Numbered from the stretch's first letter, positions 28,866-39,115 are shown. The stretch is DNA of 64,000 nt from Bacteroidales bacterium (GCA_030681475.1 JAUXWT010000049.1:7991-71990), one strand, 5' to 3'. Numbers and translations are program-made. The notes: generated from the letters alone by a model not told the origin.

Positions 28866-30524
28866 ATGAAATATTTCAAGAATAAAGGAAATATACGAAG
28901 GCTATTCTCTGCCAAAACCGGCCTCCTGGCCTTTGGTCTGATGTTTATCATTGCCTTGTCTGGGTGCAGAAAGGATTTCGAATTCGATAAGGTTAAAAAC
29001 CTCTCCTGGAATCCCGATTTTGCACTTCCGCTGGTCAATGATACCATCACCCTTAGAAAAATATTGACACAGGGGGGCGTTGAAGACCACCTATTCATTG
29101 ATGAAAGCGGAGATATTTCGATACTGTACTATTTTAATAATGACGCATTCAGGATCAGGCCGAATGACCTGATCAGACTTTCGCCGGTCAGTTTTTCCTA
29201 TCTGCACCAGATTACCCAAGCTGAACAGGGCATATTGAGCATCACCGATCTCACCATCAATCCGGTAACTATCTCATTCAATCTTTCGGGAAACAATCCA
29301 GACACCAGGGTGGATAAACTGATGATCAAGAAGGGAGTGATCAAAGTGCTGACAAATAACACCTTCAGCAATGACGGATATCTGACCATCAGGCTGCTCA
29401 ATGCCACAAAAAACGGTGTTCCATTCTCATTTACCTTACAACCTGTTGTATCCGGGCAAACACAAACAAATGTTGACCTCACAGATGTTTTGCTCAACCT
29501 CTCCTCCTCGCCAAATATAGTAACGGCAGAGGTTGAAGGTTTTTTAAAGAAATCGGGAAGTCCCGTCGCCGGTGATCAAATCCGGGCTGAATTTCAGGTT
29601 GCCATTGATACGATCGGTGTGTTTGAAGGATACCTGGGTCATTATACCTTGACACAATTAACCGATACGGTCAGGGTAAATGTTTTTAACAATGCTTATA
29701 CCCTGGGCGAGGTCTTTTTCATGGACCCGCAGATCGCCATCACCATGGTAAATTCCATAGGATTTCCATCCGAGGTCACGATCGAAAATCTTATCGCCAT
29801 CAATAACGCTACCGGCAACACCCTTGACATTGCTGACAGATTGGGAGCAGGAGCTTTTTTACCCGTTCCCGCCCCACCTTTCCCTGTGCTTCAACCTGCC
29901 ACAACAAGGATGAACTATTCCAATGAGAATACGGGGAACGCCATGTACGATTTCTTCAATCTGAAGCCAGATAATGTAGCTTTTCAGGTCAAGACAGTGA
30001 TCAACCCGGTCGGAACCCCTTTTAATTTTTTCACTGACACCAGCTCCTTTTATGCCGACCTTCGGGTGAAACTTCCCCTGTGGGGTCATGTTGACCACCT
30101 TACTTATCAGGATACCTTTGACCTGAAAATTGACAAACCTGAAGAAATTGAGTATCTTGAATTCAGGACGAATATAATAAACGGGCTCCCCCTGACCGGA
30201 CTGATGCAAGTTTACTTTACCGATGATAATTTCATCAGGAAAGATTCTCTGGCCGGTAGCGACATGATCCTGATCAGGGAAGCCCCGGTTGACCCGGTCA
30301 CCTATCTGCCATATCCTGGAATGTTTGGGATCAAGGACACAACATATATCCTGAATTCAGGAAGAATGAAGAATCTTGAAAATGTAAAAAAAATGCTTGT
30401 CAAGGCAGTGCTTTTTTCTGCCAACGAGGGCCAGTCGGTTGTAAAACTTCGGGTAAGTCAGGCAATCAAACTCAACTTTTCAGCCAGAGCTAAACTGCGG
30501 AAAACGATCGAAACCAGCAAGTAA
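28866..30524 (+). CDS. Hypothetical lipoprotein
   Basis: 552 aa with a signal peptide and lipobox (IIALSGC). I do not recognise the family. Confidence 0.45.
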   Translation: MKYFKNKGNIRRLFSAKTGLLAFGLMFIIALSGCRKDFEFDKVKNLSWNPDFALPLVNDTITLRKILTQGGVEDHLFIDESGDISILYYFNNDAFRIRPNDLIRLSPVSFSYLHQITQAEQGILSITDLTINPVTISFNLSGNNPDTRVDKLMIKKGVIKVLTNNTFSNDGYLTIRLLNATKNGVPFSFTLQPVVSGQTQTNVDLTDVLLNLSSSPNIVTAEVEGFLKKSGSPVAGDQIRAEFQVAIDTIGVFEGYLGHYTLTQLTDTVRVNVFNNAYTLGEVFFMDPQIAITMVNSIGFPSEVTIENLIAINNATGNTLDIADRLGAGAFLPVPAPPFPVLQPATTRMNYSNENTGNAMYDFFNLKPDNVAFQVKTVINPVGTPFNFFTDTSSFYADLRVKLPLWGHVDHLTYQDTFDLKIDKPEEIEYLEFRTNIINGLPLTGLMQVYFTDDNFIRKDSLAGSDMILIREAPVDPVTYLPYPGMFGIKDTTYILNSGRMKNLENVKKMLVKAVLFSANEGQSVVKLRVSQAIKLNFSARAKLRKTIETSK

Positions 30525-30546
30525 CAACAAACTAAAACTGAAGAAC

Positions 30547-31962
30547 ATGAAAAGAAAGGCAGTTTGTTTCACGATCATCTGTTTTTTGCTGGGTCATAGC
30601 ACGATAAACATTTTTGCACAACATGACCTGGGTTTGTATAACATGCAGATGGTACCACAACGTATATTTCAGAATCCGGCATTTATCCCCGATCAGAGTT
30701 TTTTTATTGGGATCCCACTGCTTTCGGGCGTGCAAACGGCTTACGCACATCCCTTTTCCTATAACGACCTCATCGAAAGGGACGGTTATGATTCGGTTAC
30801 TTTCAGGGTGGAGAATTTTCTTGGAAAAATTGCCAAGAACAATCAACTGCGATTATATACCAACCTCGAGATTTTATCCCTTGGCGCCCGGATATCGAAA
30901 GACCGGTTTTTCTTTGGTTTCAGTGTTCGTGAACGGCTCGTTCAGCACATTATGATCCCCGGGAACCTGGGAACCCTGCTCTGGTATGGCAATGCAGCGC
31001 CTCAGATTTTTGGCCAGCATGCCAATATTGCGCCTTCAATAGACTTCACTGTTTTTGATGAATGGGGCGCCTCCTTTTCAGGCTATGCCCTGCAACGGAA
31101 GATGACCTGGGGAGGTCGGTTGAAGTATCTTTCAGGAAGGATCAATGCCACGACAGTCAAGTCGGAATTCGATGTGTACACCGATAAAAACAGTTACCAG
31201 CTGAATATGCGGTCAGATTTCGAGATCAGGACATCCGGCATCGACGACATTGAAAATTACCTGGATCAGCGTGTATCTTCATTGGTTTTTCCAGGTAACA
31301 ACGGCATTGGGATCGACCTTGGCGCAAGTTATCAGTTGACCGACCAGATCGGCCTGAGCGCCAGCATTCTCGATATCGGGTTCATCACCTGGAAATCCCG
31401 TAACATGACCATCGTAAGCCATAATCCGGGAGAGGAATTCGCATTTAAGGGATTCACCTTGCAAAATTTTATCGATATGATCGGTAACCTCGATACCTTC
31501 GGAACAAAACTGGCAGACAGCGTTCTGGATCTGGTGCAAATAGATACGGTATATGGCAAAAAATACACCTCCTGGTTACCTGTCAGATACAACATTGGCG
31601 GATCATATAAAATCAGTCCCAATCAGCAAGTTAATCTCCTGTTAAACGGAATTTCGTGGCGTCAGCGTTTTTATCCGGCCTTGTCAGTATCCTATCATTA
31701 CCAGCTTCCCGGGATATTGGGGCTGATGGTATCCTATAATATATTCAATCGCCAGTTCACCAACTTCGGGGCAGGCCTGAGCGTAAGTGCCGGCCCTGTA
31801 CAACTCTATGTCATTTCCGATAACGTAACCGGATTGATCTTTTACCATGGAACAAACAGTTCCTCCATCCAGTTCGGGATTAATATTGCGATCAATAAAA
31901 AAAGGATAACACAACAGGAGCAGCCAACTCCGGAAGTTGTGCCCGCCACCGGTGCAGAGTAG
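30547..31962 (+). CDS. Putative outer-membrane beta-barrel protein (PorP/SprF- or DUF5723-like)
   Basis: 471 aa with a signal peptide ending FAQ. The N-terminal LGLYNMQMVPQRIFQNPAF recalls the PorP/SprF-type motif. The assignment is from memory only. Confidence 0.4.
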   Translation: MKRKAVCFTIICFLLGHSTINIFAQHDLGLYNMQMVPQRIFQNPAFIPDQSFFIGIPLLSGVQTAYAHPFSYNDLIERDGYDSVTFRVENFLGKIAKNNQLRLYTNLEILSLGARISKDRFFFGFSVRERLVQHIMIPGNLGTLLWYGNAAPQIFGQHANIAPSIDFTVFDEWGASFSGYALQRKMTWGGRLKYLSGRINATTVKSEFDVYTDKNSYQLNMRSDFEIRTSGIDDIENYLDQRVSSLVFPGNNGIGIDLGASYQLTDQIGLSASILDIGFITWKSRNMTIVSHNPGEEFAFKGFTLQNFIDMIGNLDTFGTKLADSVLDLVQIDTVYGKKYTSWLPVRYNIGGSYKISPNQQVNLLLNGISWRQRFYPALSVSYHYQLPGILGLMVSYNIFNRQFTNFGAGLSVSAGPVQLYVISDNVTGLIFYHGTNSSSIQFGINIAINKKRITQQEQPTPEVVPATGAE

Positions 31963-31985
31963 GTAAAAACTCGTATTTTTGCGGG

Positions 31986-33335
31986 ATGATACCAAAATCC
32001 ATCGCATTCCATCATTTTGGCTGCAAGGTTAATTTCGCGGAAGCCTCGGCATTATCGCGGCAATTTCAGGAAAAAGGATTTGAGATCAAAGATTTCCACC
32101 ACCCGGCTGATGTTTATGTGATCAGCACTTGTGTTGTGACGACCGTTGCAGAGAAAAAATGCAGGGCTGCGATCAGGCAGGCTCACAAGATAAATCCAAA
32201 CGCCAGGATCGCCGTGATCGGCTGTTTTTCGGAATTGAAACCCGGCGAACTCTCTCAGATGGAGGGTGTTGACCTTGTGCTGGGACATACCGGCAAATTC
32301 GGCCTCCTCGAAGAAATTACCAGACTTTATCAACCGGTCGGTGTCCCAAAGGCTGAATCCGACGACCATGATTATCATGGCGGAGTTGCTCATCCGGCTA
32401 AGGCCGGCCGCGATGCTTTTATCCCTTCATTCTCCTACGGCGACCGGACACGCTCATTTTTGAAGATCCAGGATGGCTGCGATTATTATTGTACCTATTG
32501 CACCATCCCGCTTGCAAGGGGACGAAGCAGGAGCGATACGATCGAGAATGCCGTGAAGAGCGCCAGGGAATTAATTGCCAACGACATCAGGGAGATCGTG
32601 TTGACCGGGGTGAACATCGGCGATTTTGGTAAAACCACCGGAGAATCATTCATCGGTCTGATACGCGCCCTTGATGCAGTTGAAGGGATGAATCGCATCC
32701 GGATTTCATCTATTGAACCTGATCTGCTTACCAATGACATCATTGAGTTTGTCGCAGCATCTGAACATTTTCTGCCCCATTTTCACCTTCCTTTACAATC
32801 GGGATGCAATAAAATTCTCAAGGCCATGCATCGCAAATATGACCGGGAACTTTATACTTCCAGGGTTCAGAAGATCAGGCAACTTATCCCTGGCGCATGC
32901 ATAGCGGCCGATGTAATTGTTGGATTCCCCGGAGAGACGGATGAAGATTTTACGGATACCTGTGAATTTCTTGAAAAACTTGAGATATCATATATGCATG
33001 TGTTCACCTATTCAAAGCGCGACAACACCCTGGCCGCTAAAATGGATACTCCGGTTCCTGACAAGGTCAAGAAAGAACGGAGTAAGGCATTGCATAAGCT
33101 CTCCGACCACAAGAAACAACAATTCTACCTTCAAAACATGGGCAGGGAGGTAAAGGTCCTGTTTGAATCCGACAATTCTCAGGGGTTCATGCATGGTTTT
33201 ACCGAGAATTATATCAGGGTAAAAACTGAATACCAGCAAGAATATGTGAACCAGTTGATCCATGGGAAACTTACAAATCTGGACGCAGATGGCATTTATC
33301 AAATTGCGTCTTTGCGCCTTCGCGGTAAAAAATAA
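31986..33335 (+). CDS. mtaB: tRNA (t6A37) methylthiotransferase MtaB (radical SAM MTTase)
   Basis: 449 aa with an N-terminal UPF0004 Cys triad (FGCKVN...C...C), the radical-SAM motif CDYYCTYC and a TRAM-like C-terminus. Confidence 0.85.
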   Translation: MIPKSIAFHHFGCKVNFAEASALSRQFQEKGFEIKDFHHPADVYVISTCVVTTVAEKKCRAAIRQAHKINPNARIAVIGCFSELKPGELSQMEGVDLVLGHTGKFGLLEEITRLYQPVGVPKAESDDHDYHGGVAHPAKAGRDAFIPSFSYGDRTRSFLKIQDGCDYYCTYCTIPLARGRSRSDTIENAVKSARELIANDIREIVLTGVNIGDFGKTTGESFIGLIRALDAVEGMNRIRISSIEPDLLTNDIIEFVAASEHFLPHFHLPLQSGCNKILKAMHRKYDRELYTSRVQKIRQLIPGACIAADVIVGFPGETDEDFTDTCEFLEKLEISYMHVFTYSKRDNTLAAKMDTPVPDKVKKERSKALHKLSDHKKQQFYLQNMGREVKVLFESDNSQGFMHGFTENYIRVKTEYQQEYVNQLIHGKLTNLDADGIYQIASLRLRGKK

Positions 33336-33340
33336 CAACA

Positions 33341-34144
33341 ATGAAACTGAACCTTGAAAACCTGACATATAAGGTTTGCGACCTCGCCTCGGAGGTTGGT
33401 GAATTCTTAAAACTGGAGGTCTCAAAACTAAATACGACCGACATACAATCGAAGGGACTTCACAATTACGTAACCTGGGTTGATAAGGAATCAGAGCGGC
33501 GTATCGTGGAACAACTATCGAAGTTACTTCCGGGAAGCGGGTTTATCGCCGAGGAGAATCCGGCGCTGAAAACGGGCGAGTTCACCTGGGTCATCGATCC
33601 GCTGGACGGAACTACAAATTTCATCCATGGCGTACCGCTCTATTGCATCAGTATCGGTTTGATGCATCATGACGAGACCATCCTGGCCATGGTTTATGAA
33701 CCTAACCTGAATGAATGCTTTTTTACCTGGCAGTCGGCGCCGGCATACTTGAACGGAAAGACCATCCATGTTACGCAAACTGCAACGATCAACGAATCTC
33801 TTTTTGCCACAGGATTTCCATATTATGATTACACCCGGCTCGACGATTACCTCGACATCTTCAAACACCTCTTGCAAAACAGCCGTGGTGTCCGTCGCCT
33901 TGGTTCAGCCGCCGCCGATCTGGCATATACCGCCTGCGGAAGGTATGATGGTTTCTTCGAGTATGGCCTGAGTCCTTGGGACGTAAATGCCGGCGCATTG
34001 CTTGTTAAAAATGCCGGAGGGGTCGTATCTGATTTCCTGGGAACCCAGGACTATATTTTCGGTAAGCAGATCATCGCAACAAACAGTTCGATCTATACGG
34101 AATTTTTAAAGTTATTTGGCGCGTGGAAAACAGATTTGAAATAA
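33341..34144 (+). CDS. Inositol monophosphatase family protein
   Basis: 267 aa with motifs WVIDPLDGTTNF, EENP and the RRLGSAAADLAYTACGRYDGFFE region. Confidence 0.88.
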   Translation: MKLNLENLTYKVCDLASEVGEFLKLEVSKLNTTDIQSKGLHNYVTWVDKESERRIVEQLSKLLPGSGFIAEENPALKTGEFTWVIDPLDGTTNFIHGVPLYCISIGLMHHDETILAMVYEPNLNECFFTWQSAPAYLNGKTIHVTQTATINESLFATGFPYYDYTRLDDYLDIFKHLLQNSRGVRRLGSAAADLAYTACGRYDGFFEYGLSPWDVNAGALLVKNAGGVVSDFLGTQDYIFGKQIIATNSSIYTEFLKLFGAWKTDLK

Positions 34145-34166
34145 TTTTTGATCGTCTGTTGAATTC

Positions 34167-34834
34167 ATGAAAAACACCCTGCTCCTGTTCTTACTTTTCC
34201 TCGCCTGGAATAGTGCTTTCACCCAAACGGAAAAAAAAAGTGTTACAGCCATCCAGGTAGCCGATGCACCAAAAATTGACGGGATACTCGACGAACCTGC
34301 ATGGAAATCTATTCCTTCGGCCAGCGGTTTTGTGCAGCGCGAACCTTACAACGGAAAACCGGGTACATTGACCAAACCAAAGGTTCGTATGACAGCCTCA
34401 AAATATTTTTCGGACGACGCGACAGGCAGATCGTTACCAACGTGGTGGAGGCAAAATACATGATCACAAGCGCCATGAGTATAGACCTGAGAGCACGTCA
34501 TTATTGGGTCTCCGCCCCATATTACGATTTTTCGATACTCCTGCGTGATGGGTCCCTCCTGCCGGCCGGTTATTCCGGAGATCCGGATATCAATTACAAC
34601 CTCTTTAACCTCGATCTCACATATATCTTGAACTTTGCCCCGGGAAGTCAGCTATCGATCGTGTGGAAGAATGCGATCAGCACGTTTGATCATGATATTC
34701 AACCTGGTTTCTTTAAGGATATAAAAAATACTATTTCCGCTCCATCATCGAACAGCTTCTCTGTTAGGGTGCTCTATTATCTGGATGCGCTGTATTTTAA
34801 GATGAAGCGAGGTAGCGAGGTAGCGAAATGGTGA
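34167..34834 (+). pseudogene. Remnant of a DUF5916 / CBM9-like outer-membrane protein gene (N-terminus plus C-terminus, interior missing, frame change)
   Basis: Frame 0 gives a signal peptide plus APKIDGILDEPAWKSIPSASGFVQREPYNGKPG, the N-terminal motif of proteins of about 700 aa. Frame 2 (from about 34440) gives the family C-terminus (...FNLDLTYILNFAPGSQLSIVWKN...VRVLYYLD). The total is only about 220 codons. Confidence 0.6.
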
Positions 34835-34846
34835 AATGGTGAAATT
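34807..34846 (+). repeat. Octamer tandem array, 5 units (GCGAGGTA GCGAGGTA GCGAAATG GTGAAATG GTGAAATT)
   Basis: Read directly from the sequence. It lies between convergent genes, and the last unit overlaps the TAA stop (34845-34847) of the minus-strand kinase gene. Confidence 0.9.
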
Positions 34847-35792
34847 AAGAAAGAGAGACGTTGATGATGGGAACCTTTTTGTTATGAAAATATTCAGTCG
34901 TCGTTTCTTCATTTCGCGTAAAACACAGCAGAAAACCGCCACCCCCGGAGCCACATAGTTTCATGGTGAACAATCCCGACTCCAGTCCTTCAGCCCATAA
35001 AGGTCTTAATTTCTCCGGGATCAGATGCTTCAAATGTGTCAGTTGAAACAGTGAAAGCCTGTTGATTTCATGCAGCATGCCATGAATATCTCCGGAAATT
35101 AACTTCTCAATAGCTGAATTGACCATGTTACACATTTCAAATCCGCTTGAGGTAACTTTTCCATCTGGTACAAAATCGGTTAAAAAGTTTTTTACCAGTG
35201 GGCCCGTGGTGCATTGCCGGCCCGAATCGACCAACAGCGCCGCAACCCCATGATCGGCCAAAATCTGTCTGTTAAATTCTGCCACTGACACGTTACCATA
35301 CCTGTCCTGCATCAATGGCCTGTTAAACCAGGAAACCAGCGGATCAAAACCAGAACTCTTCCCATGAAAAAAAGATTCCATTATGACGAACGAACTCCTG
35401 AGGGGAACAAGTGTTTCCGGATTCAACTGGCGGGAGGAGGCACGATCCGTTGACGGGTAACCGCTGTAAATGGCAGCACAAAGCGCCCCCGAACTACCCA
35501 TGCCATAGCGCTGGGGGATGGTCGATGCGAGGTACAGTCCCTGGCTGATGTCGCGGGCTAAACGGTCAAGGTCAAGAAATTTTTCAACCGCAAAGCGGCT
35601 GGACATTAAATATTCACTCAACCCCTTGATCTGACGGTTACTCTGTTGCGTCTGTGAAAGTAAATGTTCCGGTTCCTGATTCGAAAACATCAGTGCGGCT
35701 CCAAAATAATTGAAAGGTAAACTTAACGCCGATGATCCCAACAGGATGGTGTATTCGCCAAACAGAAGCAGTTTTGCCGGAAAATGGTTCAT
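34845..35792 (-). CDS. GHMP-family kinase, mevalonate-kinase-like
   Basis: It has N-terminal FPAKLLLFGEYTILLGSSALSLPF and the GHMP ATP motif GMGSSGALCAA. The ATG at 35792 forms an ATGA overlap with the upstream stop, so it is preferred over 35834. Confidence 0.65.
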   Translation of the reverse strand: MNHFPAKLLLFGEYTILLGSSALSLPFNYFGAALMFSNQEPEHLLSQTQQSNRQIKGLSEYLMSSRFAVEKFLDLDRLARDISQGLYLASTIPQRYGMGSSGALCAAIYSGYPSTDRASSRQLNPETLVPLRSSFVIMESFFHGKSSGFDPLVSWFNRPLMQDRYGNVSVAEFNRQILADHGVAALLVDSGRQCTTGPLVKNFLTDFVPDGKVTSSGFEMCNMVNSAIEKLISGDIHGMLHEINRLSLFQLTHLKHLIPEKLRPLWAEGLESGLFTMKLCGSGGGGFLLCFTRNEETTTEYFHNKKVPIINVSLS

Positions 35793-36895
35793 AAACCAGG
35801 AATTGAAGTGATATTCACCGGCCCTTTGCCGCACCGGTCAAATATCACCCGGTTATCTTCACAGAGCGGCTGCAAGACATCCCTGATAAAATTTTCTACG
35901 ATCGCGGCAGATGCATCCGGGTACATCACGTGGACGTTGGCCCCGGCATCGAGGGTGAAAAACAGGGGAATACCTTTATTTCTGGCTTCACGCACACGAT
36001 GTATAACTTCAACCGTAGCCGGTTTCATCAGCAATGAACCCGGGTTCGCGCTCATGATCAGCGCATGGAGGGTCAACGCCTCGCACTCGGCAACCGCGCT
36101 AAGTTTTTCAAAATCATTGGCAGACATCGCTTGCAACGCCTCTTCAAGATTTTTATTCGACTGCCCGATACGTCCGCTGAAAAACGGATGACCTTGCATT
36201 GATTCGTGTCCCAATGTGCTGGATAAAATCTTTGGGTCAGCAGAGATGACCAGAATGGCATCACGCATTGAATACATGGCAGGATGTATATGTCCGGTGA
36301 CAGGTGTGGCGTATTCATCCGCCGCCTCTTCAATGCAACCGGATCGTCCCCAAACGGCAAACCCGCCATACATTGACCGGCACGCACTGCCTGACCCGAT
36401 GCGCGCACATCCCGAGGCCATGTGCAGGAATTCATCCATCGATGGTTCTGCACTCATTATTTTGCCTGCAATGCTAAGCAAACACAACGCGAATGCACTG
36501 ATGCCGGAAGCTGACGATGCGATCCCGGTAGAATGGGGGAAGGTATTCCTGGTGGAAACCGAGAGTGAGATACTGTTTAATACTGGTAAGTCCGCTGCCA
36601 TCCAATCATAGAGCCTCTGCATCTTCGGTAAAAAAAGGTGGTCAGGGTCGCCATTGATGGCCATAATTCCTTTGACACGTTTCTTCGTAAAAACATTGAC
36701 ATGGGTTTCCGTGACGGCCTGATCAAGGGTCATGCTCAATGACGGAGAGGCTGGCAACTGGCCATATTTTTTACCCCAATATTTTATAATGGCGATATTC
36801 GCAGGACTCTGCCAGGCAACACTGAAGTCTTCATCTGATTTAGGTTGCTCTTGAGGTGCAATCTCTTTAAGCCGTAAAAATGGAGAGATACTCAT
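35789..36895 (-). CDS. mvaD: Diphosphomevalonate decarboxylase family
   Basis: 368 aa with PANIAIIKYWGKK, GIASSASG and FTLDAGANVHV motifs. Confidence 0.88.
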   Translation of the reverse strand: MSISPFLRLKEIAPQEQPKSDEDFSVAWQSPANIAIIKYWGKKYGQLPASPSLSMTLDQAVTETHVNVFTKKRVKGIMAINGDPDHLFLPKMQRLYDWMAADLPVLNSISLSVSTRNTFPHSTGIASSASGISAFALCLLSIAGKIMSAEPSMDEFLHMASGCARIGSGSACRSMYGGFAVWGRSGCIEEAADEYATPVTGHIHPAMYSMRDAILVISADPKILSSTLGHESMQGHPFFSGRIGQSNKNLEEALQAMSANDFEKLSAVAECEALTLHALIMSANPGSLLMKPATVEVIHRVREARNKGIPLFFTLDAGANVHVMYPDASAAIVENFIRDVLQPLCEDNRVIFDRCGKGPVNITSIPGL

Positions 36896-37836
36896 GCGGC
36901 AATTTCCAATTCCTGGTAGGAAAATAAATGATAAAATCCCATCTCATGAAGGCGCTTTACAACATCTTCCTTTCTCTTGCTGCTGACAAACATGGCAAAG
37001 TCACCGCCCCAGGCGCCCAGTGATTTTACTGTCCCCGGAAAAGAGGGAAGACTTCCGGAGATCGGTTCCCGTCCGAGGATAGCGCTTAGAATGGCTTCAT
37101 GTTCATTCACAAACGCTATCAGTTCGTCAGGCGAACCGGCGTTGCAAATGGCCGAAGACAAACGTGATACCTCTTCCAGATCAATGCCTGAATACTTTTT
37201 ACCCTGCAAAAATGAGGCAACCTCACTGGCGCTGTCCTGCTTGTTTCCGATGTAAGCAAACCAGGTATTTTCGCGTAAAGCTTTACCTGCCACCGCTGGC
37301 GTGATCTCCGGCTGGCCTTTAATCAACCGGTAGTATAACAAGCTTTGCCGTGTGGCACAAGCTATATCGTAGCCCGATCCCTGAGATATCATGCGAAACA
37401 GATCAAAAGCAGGAACTTCTGCCCACCTGGCAACCAGTGAACAGAGGGTGGAACTGCTTCCGAAACCCCACGCCAGGGGAAAGGTGGCTGTTACCCTGAC
37501 ATTCCATCCTGTTGAATCAGGCAGGAAATCAGGGTTCATACTTCGGGCAGCGCCAAGGAGTGTTGCAAGCCCGGTGGCTACGGGGTGATTGTCGGTGGAA
37601 ATGACCCTGAATGTTGCAGTATCAAACCTCGACCTGAACCATGTTCCGTCAGGAGCAACACTTTCCCATTCAATGATGCCCCCGGATATTTCGTGAATAA
37701 AGATATGCTGACCGAAACGCACAGGCAAAGCAAGCGCCCTGGCACCGGCCAGTACAAGGTATTCACCTGTCAGGAGAAGTTTTCCGTTGGCATGAAACTC
37801 AATGGGTAATTTCATGCAAAAAATGTTTAACGGCAT
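36892..37836 (-). CDS. GHMP-family kinase, phosphomevalonate-kinase-like
   Basis: It has ANGKLLLTGEYLVLAGARALALPV and GFGSSSTLCSLVA. An alternative ATG at 37815 (MKLPIEF...) would shorten the overlap with the upstream gene to 17 nt. Confidence 0.6.
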   Translation of the reverse strand: MPLNIFCMKLPIEFHANGKLLLTGEYLVLAGARALALPVRFGQHIFIHEISGGIIEWESVAPDGTWFRSRFDTATFRVISTDNHPVATGLATLLGAARSMNPDFLPDSTGWNVRVTATFPLAWGFGSSSTLCSLVARWAEVPAFDLFRMISQGSGYDIACATRQSLLYYRLIKGQPEITPAVAGKALRENTWFAYIGNKQDSASEVASFLQGKKYSGIDLEEVSRLSSAICNAGSPDELIAFVNEHEAILSAILGREPISGSLPSFPGTVKSLGAWGGDFAMFVSSKRKEDVVKRLHEMGFYHLFSYQELEIAA

Positions 37837-39115
37837 TAAAACTCACTGTCCGGTTATTGAAATACAATTCGGCTTCTTCACGTTGACCGTTGGTAACGTT
37901 CAACATGTTAAGGATATTCGAAAGATGCAACCTCATGTGACCCTTTTGAATCCCTGTCGTCACCAGGCTGCGAACGGCGGCAAAATTACTTGCCAGCCCA
38001 ACGGAAGCCACCACACCCATCAACTCTTTTGCTGTTGGATTGCCAAGAATCTCAAGCGACAGACGTGCCAGCGGATGCAGATTGGTAATGCCCCCAACGG
38101 TTCCCAGGGCAATTGGAATGGTAAGGCCAATGGAAAGCCTGTTACCATTTACAGAACAATGGCTTAAGGCACGATACTGGCCATCGCGGGCCGCAAAGGC
38201 ATGAGCTGCTGCTTCTGCTGCCCGGGAATCGTTGCCGGTAGCCATCAGAACTGCATCCACCCCATTCATGATCCCCTTATTGTGCGTTACTGCACGGTAA
38301 GGATCATGATGTGCGATCTGGTATGCCAGACGAAGTTTATCGGTAAAAACTTCAACCGGCAACCACCCGGAAATCGGTTTAAGATCGTCAATTTCACAGG
38401 AAGCTTCGATGGTTACCGTGCATTCGGGCGTATAGTTGCTCAGGATGGCCATGGCCACCTGAAGTTTCCTTCCTTCCTGGCCGTTATCAAGGTTAAAGAA
38501 CATATCCAGCGCCTCGGCCATATCCTCAAGGCAGGTGTTCACAAAGTTGGCGCCCATTGAATTGACAGTTTCCACCTTCAGTTCGATCTTGAACAAATTA
38601 TCGATCATTAACGTCTCATCCTGAAGCTCGAGGCTGAGGATACCTCCTCCGCGACCAACCATATTGGTGGTTATTTTTTTGAGACGCTCCAACAGAAATA
38701 ATTTAAGCTGGCGCCAATGTTCACGGATATAGGATGGGTTGCCAAACCATCGAAAATAAACGTGCCCGAGTTTAACAGTCGATAGTCCGGTTACAGTAAA
38801 ACCACCATGTTCGGCCCAAAAACGGGCGCTATGGGAAACTGCCGCGACCACAGAACTCTCTTCAATGGCAAGCGGGACATGATATACTTTCCCATTCACA
38901 CGTAAGTTCGGCGCAATTCCATACGGGGTATGAAAGCTACTGATGGTATTCTCACTCAACTCCAGAAATTGGGTGCGTTCGTTCTCATCAGCCACTAAAA
39001 AATGTTCCAGCCGGTCTTCGGCCTGGGCCGGATCAATGCAAAGACCGGCGATAAAATTTCGTTTTTCCTCTTCGGTAAGTTTGGAAAAACCGCGAATAAC
39101 ATTATTAATTATCAT
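37799..39115 (-). CDS. mvaA: Hydroxymethylglutaryl-CoA reductase
   Basis: 438 aa with EESSVVAA, NTCLEDMAE-like, DAMGANFVN-like (SMGANFVN), THNKGIMNG and GTVGG motifs. Confidence 0.9.
   Translation of the reverse strand: MIINNVIRGFSKLTEEEKRNFIAGLCIDPAQAEDRLEHFLVADENERTQFLELSENTISSFHTPYGIAPNLRVNGKVYHVPLAIEESSVVAAVSHSARFWAEHGGFTVTGLSTVKLGHVYFRWFGNPSYIREHWRQLKLFLLERLKKITTNMVGRGGGILSLELQDETLMIDNLFKIELKVETVNSMGANFVNTCLEDMAEALDMFFNLDNGQEGRKLQVAMAILSNYTPECTVTIEASCEIDDLKPISGWLPVEVFTDKLRLAYQIAHHDPYRAVTHNKGIMNGVDAVLMATGNDSRAAEAAAHAFAARDGQYRALSHCSVNGNRLSIGLTIPIALGTVGGITNLHPLARLSLEILGNPTAKELMGVVASVGLASNFAAVRSLVTTGIQKGHMRLHLSNILNMLNVTNGQREEAELYFNNRTVSFNAVKHFLHEITH

Noticed and set aside
31974-31981. TATTTTTG box 5 nt upstream of the mtaB ATG
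   Set aside because: It is too close to the start codon to act as a -7 box for that start unless the mRNA is leaderless or the start lies downstream. The MtaB N-terminus (MIPKSIAFHHFGCKVN) looks complete, so I made no promoter call.
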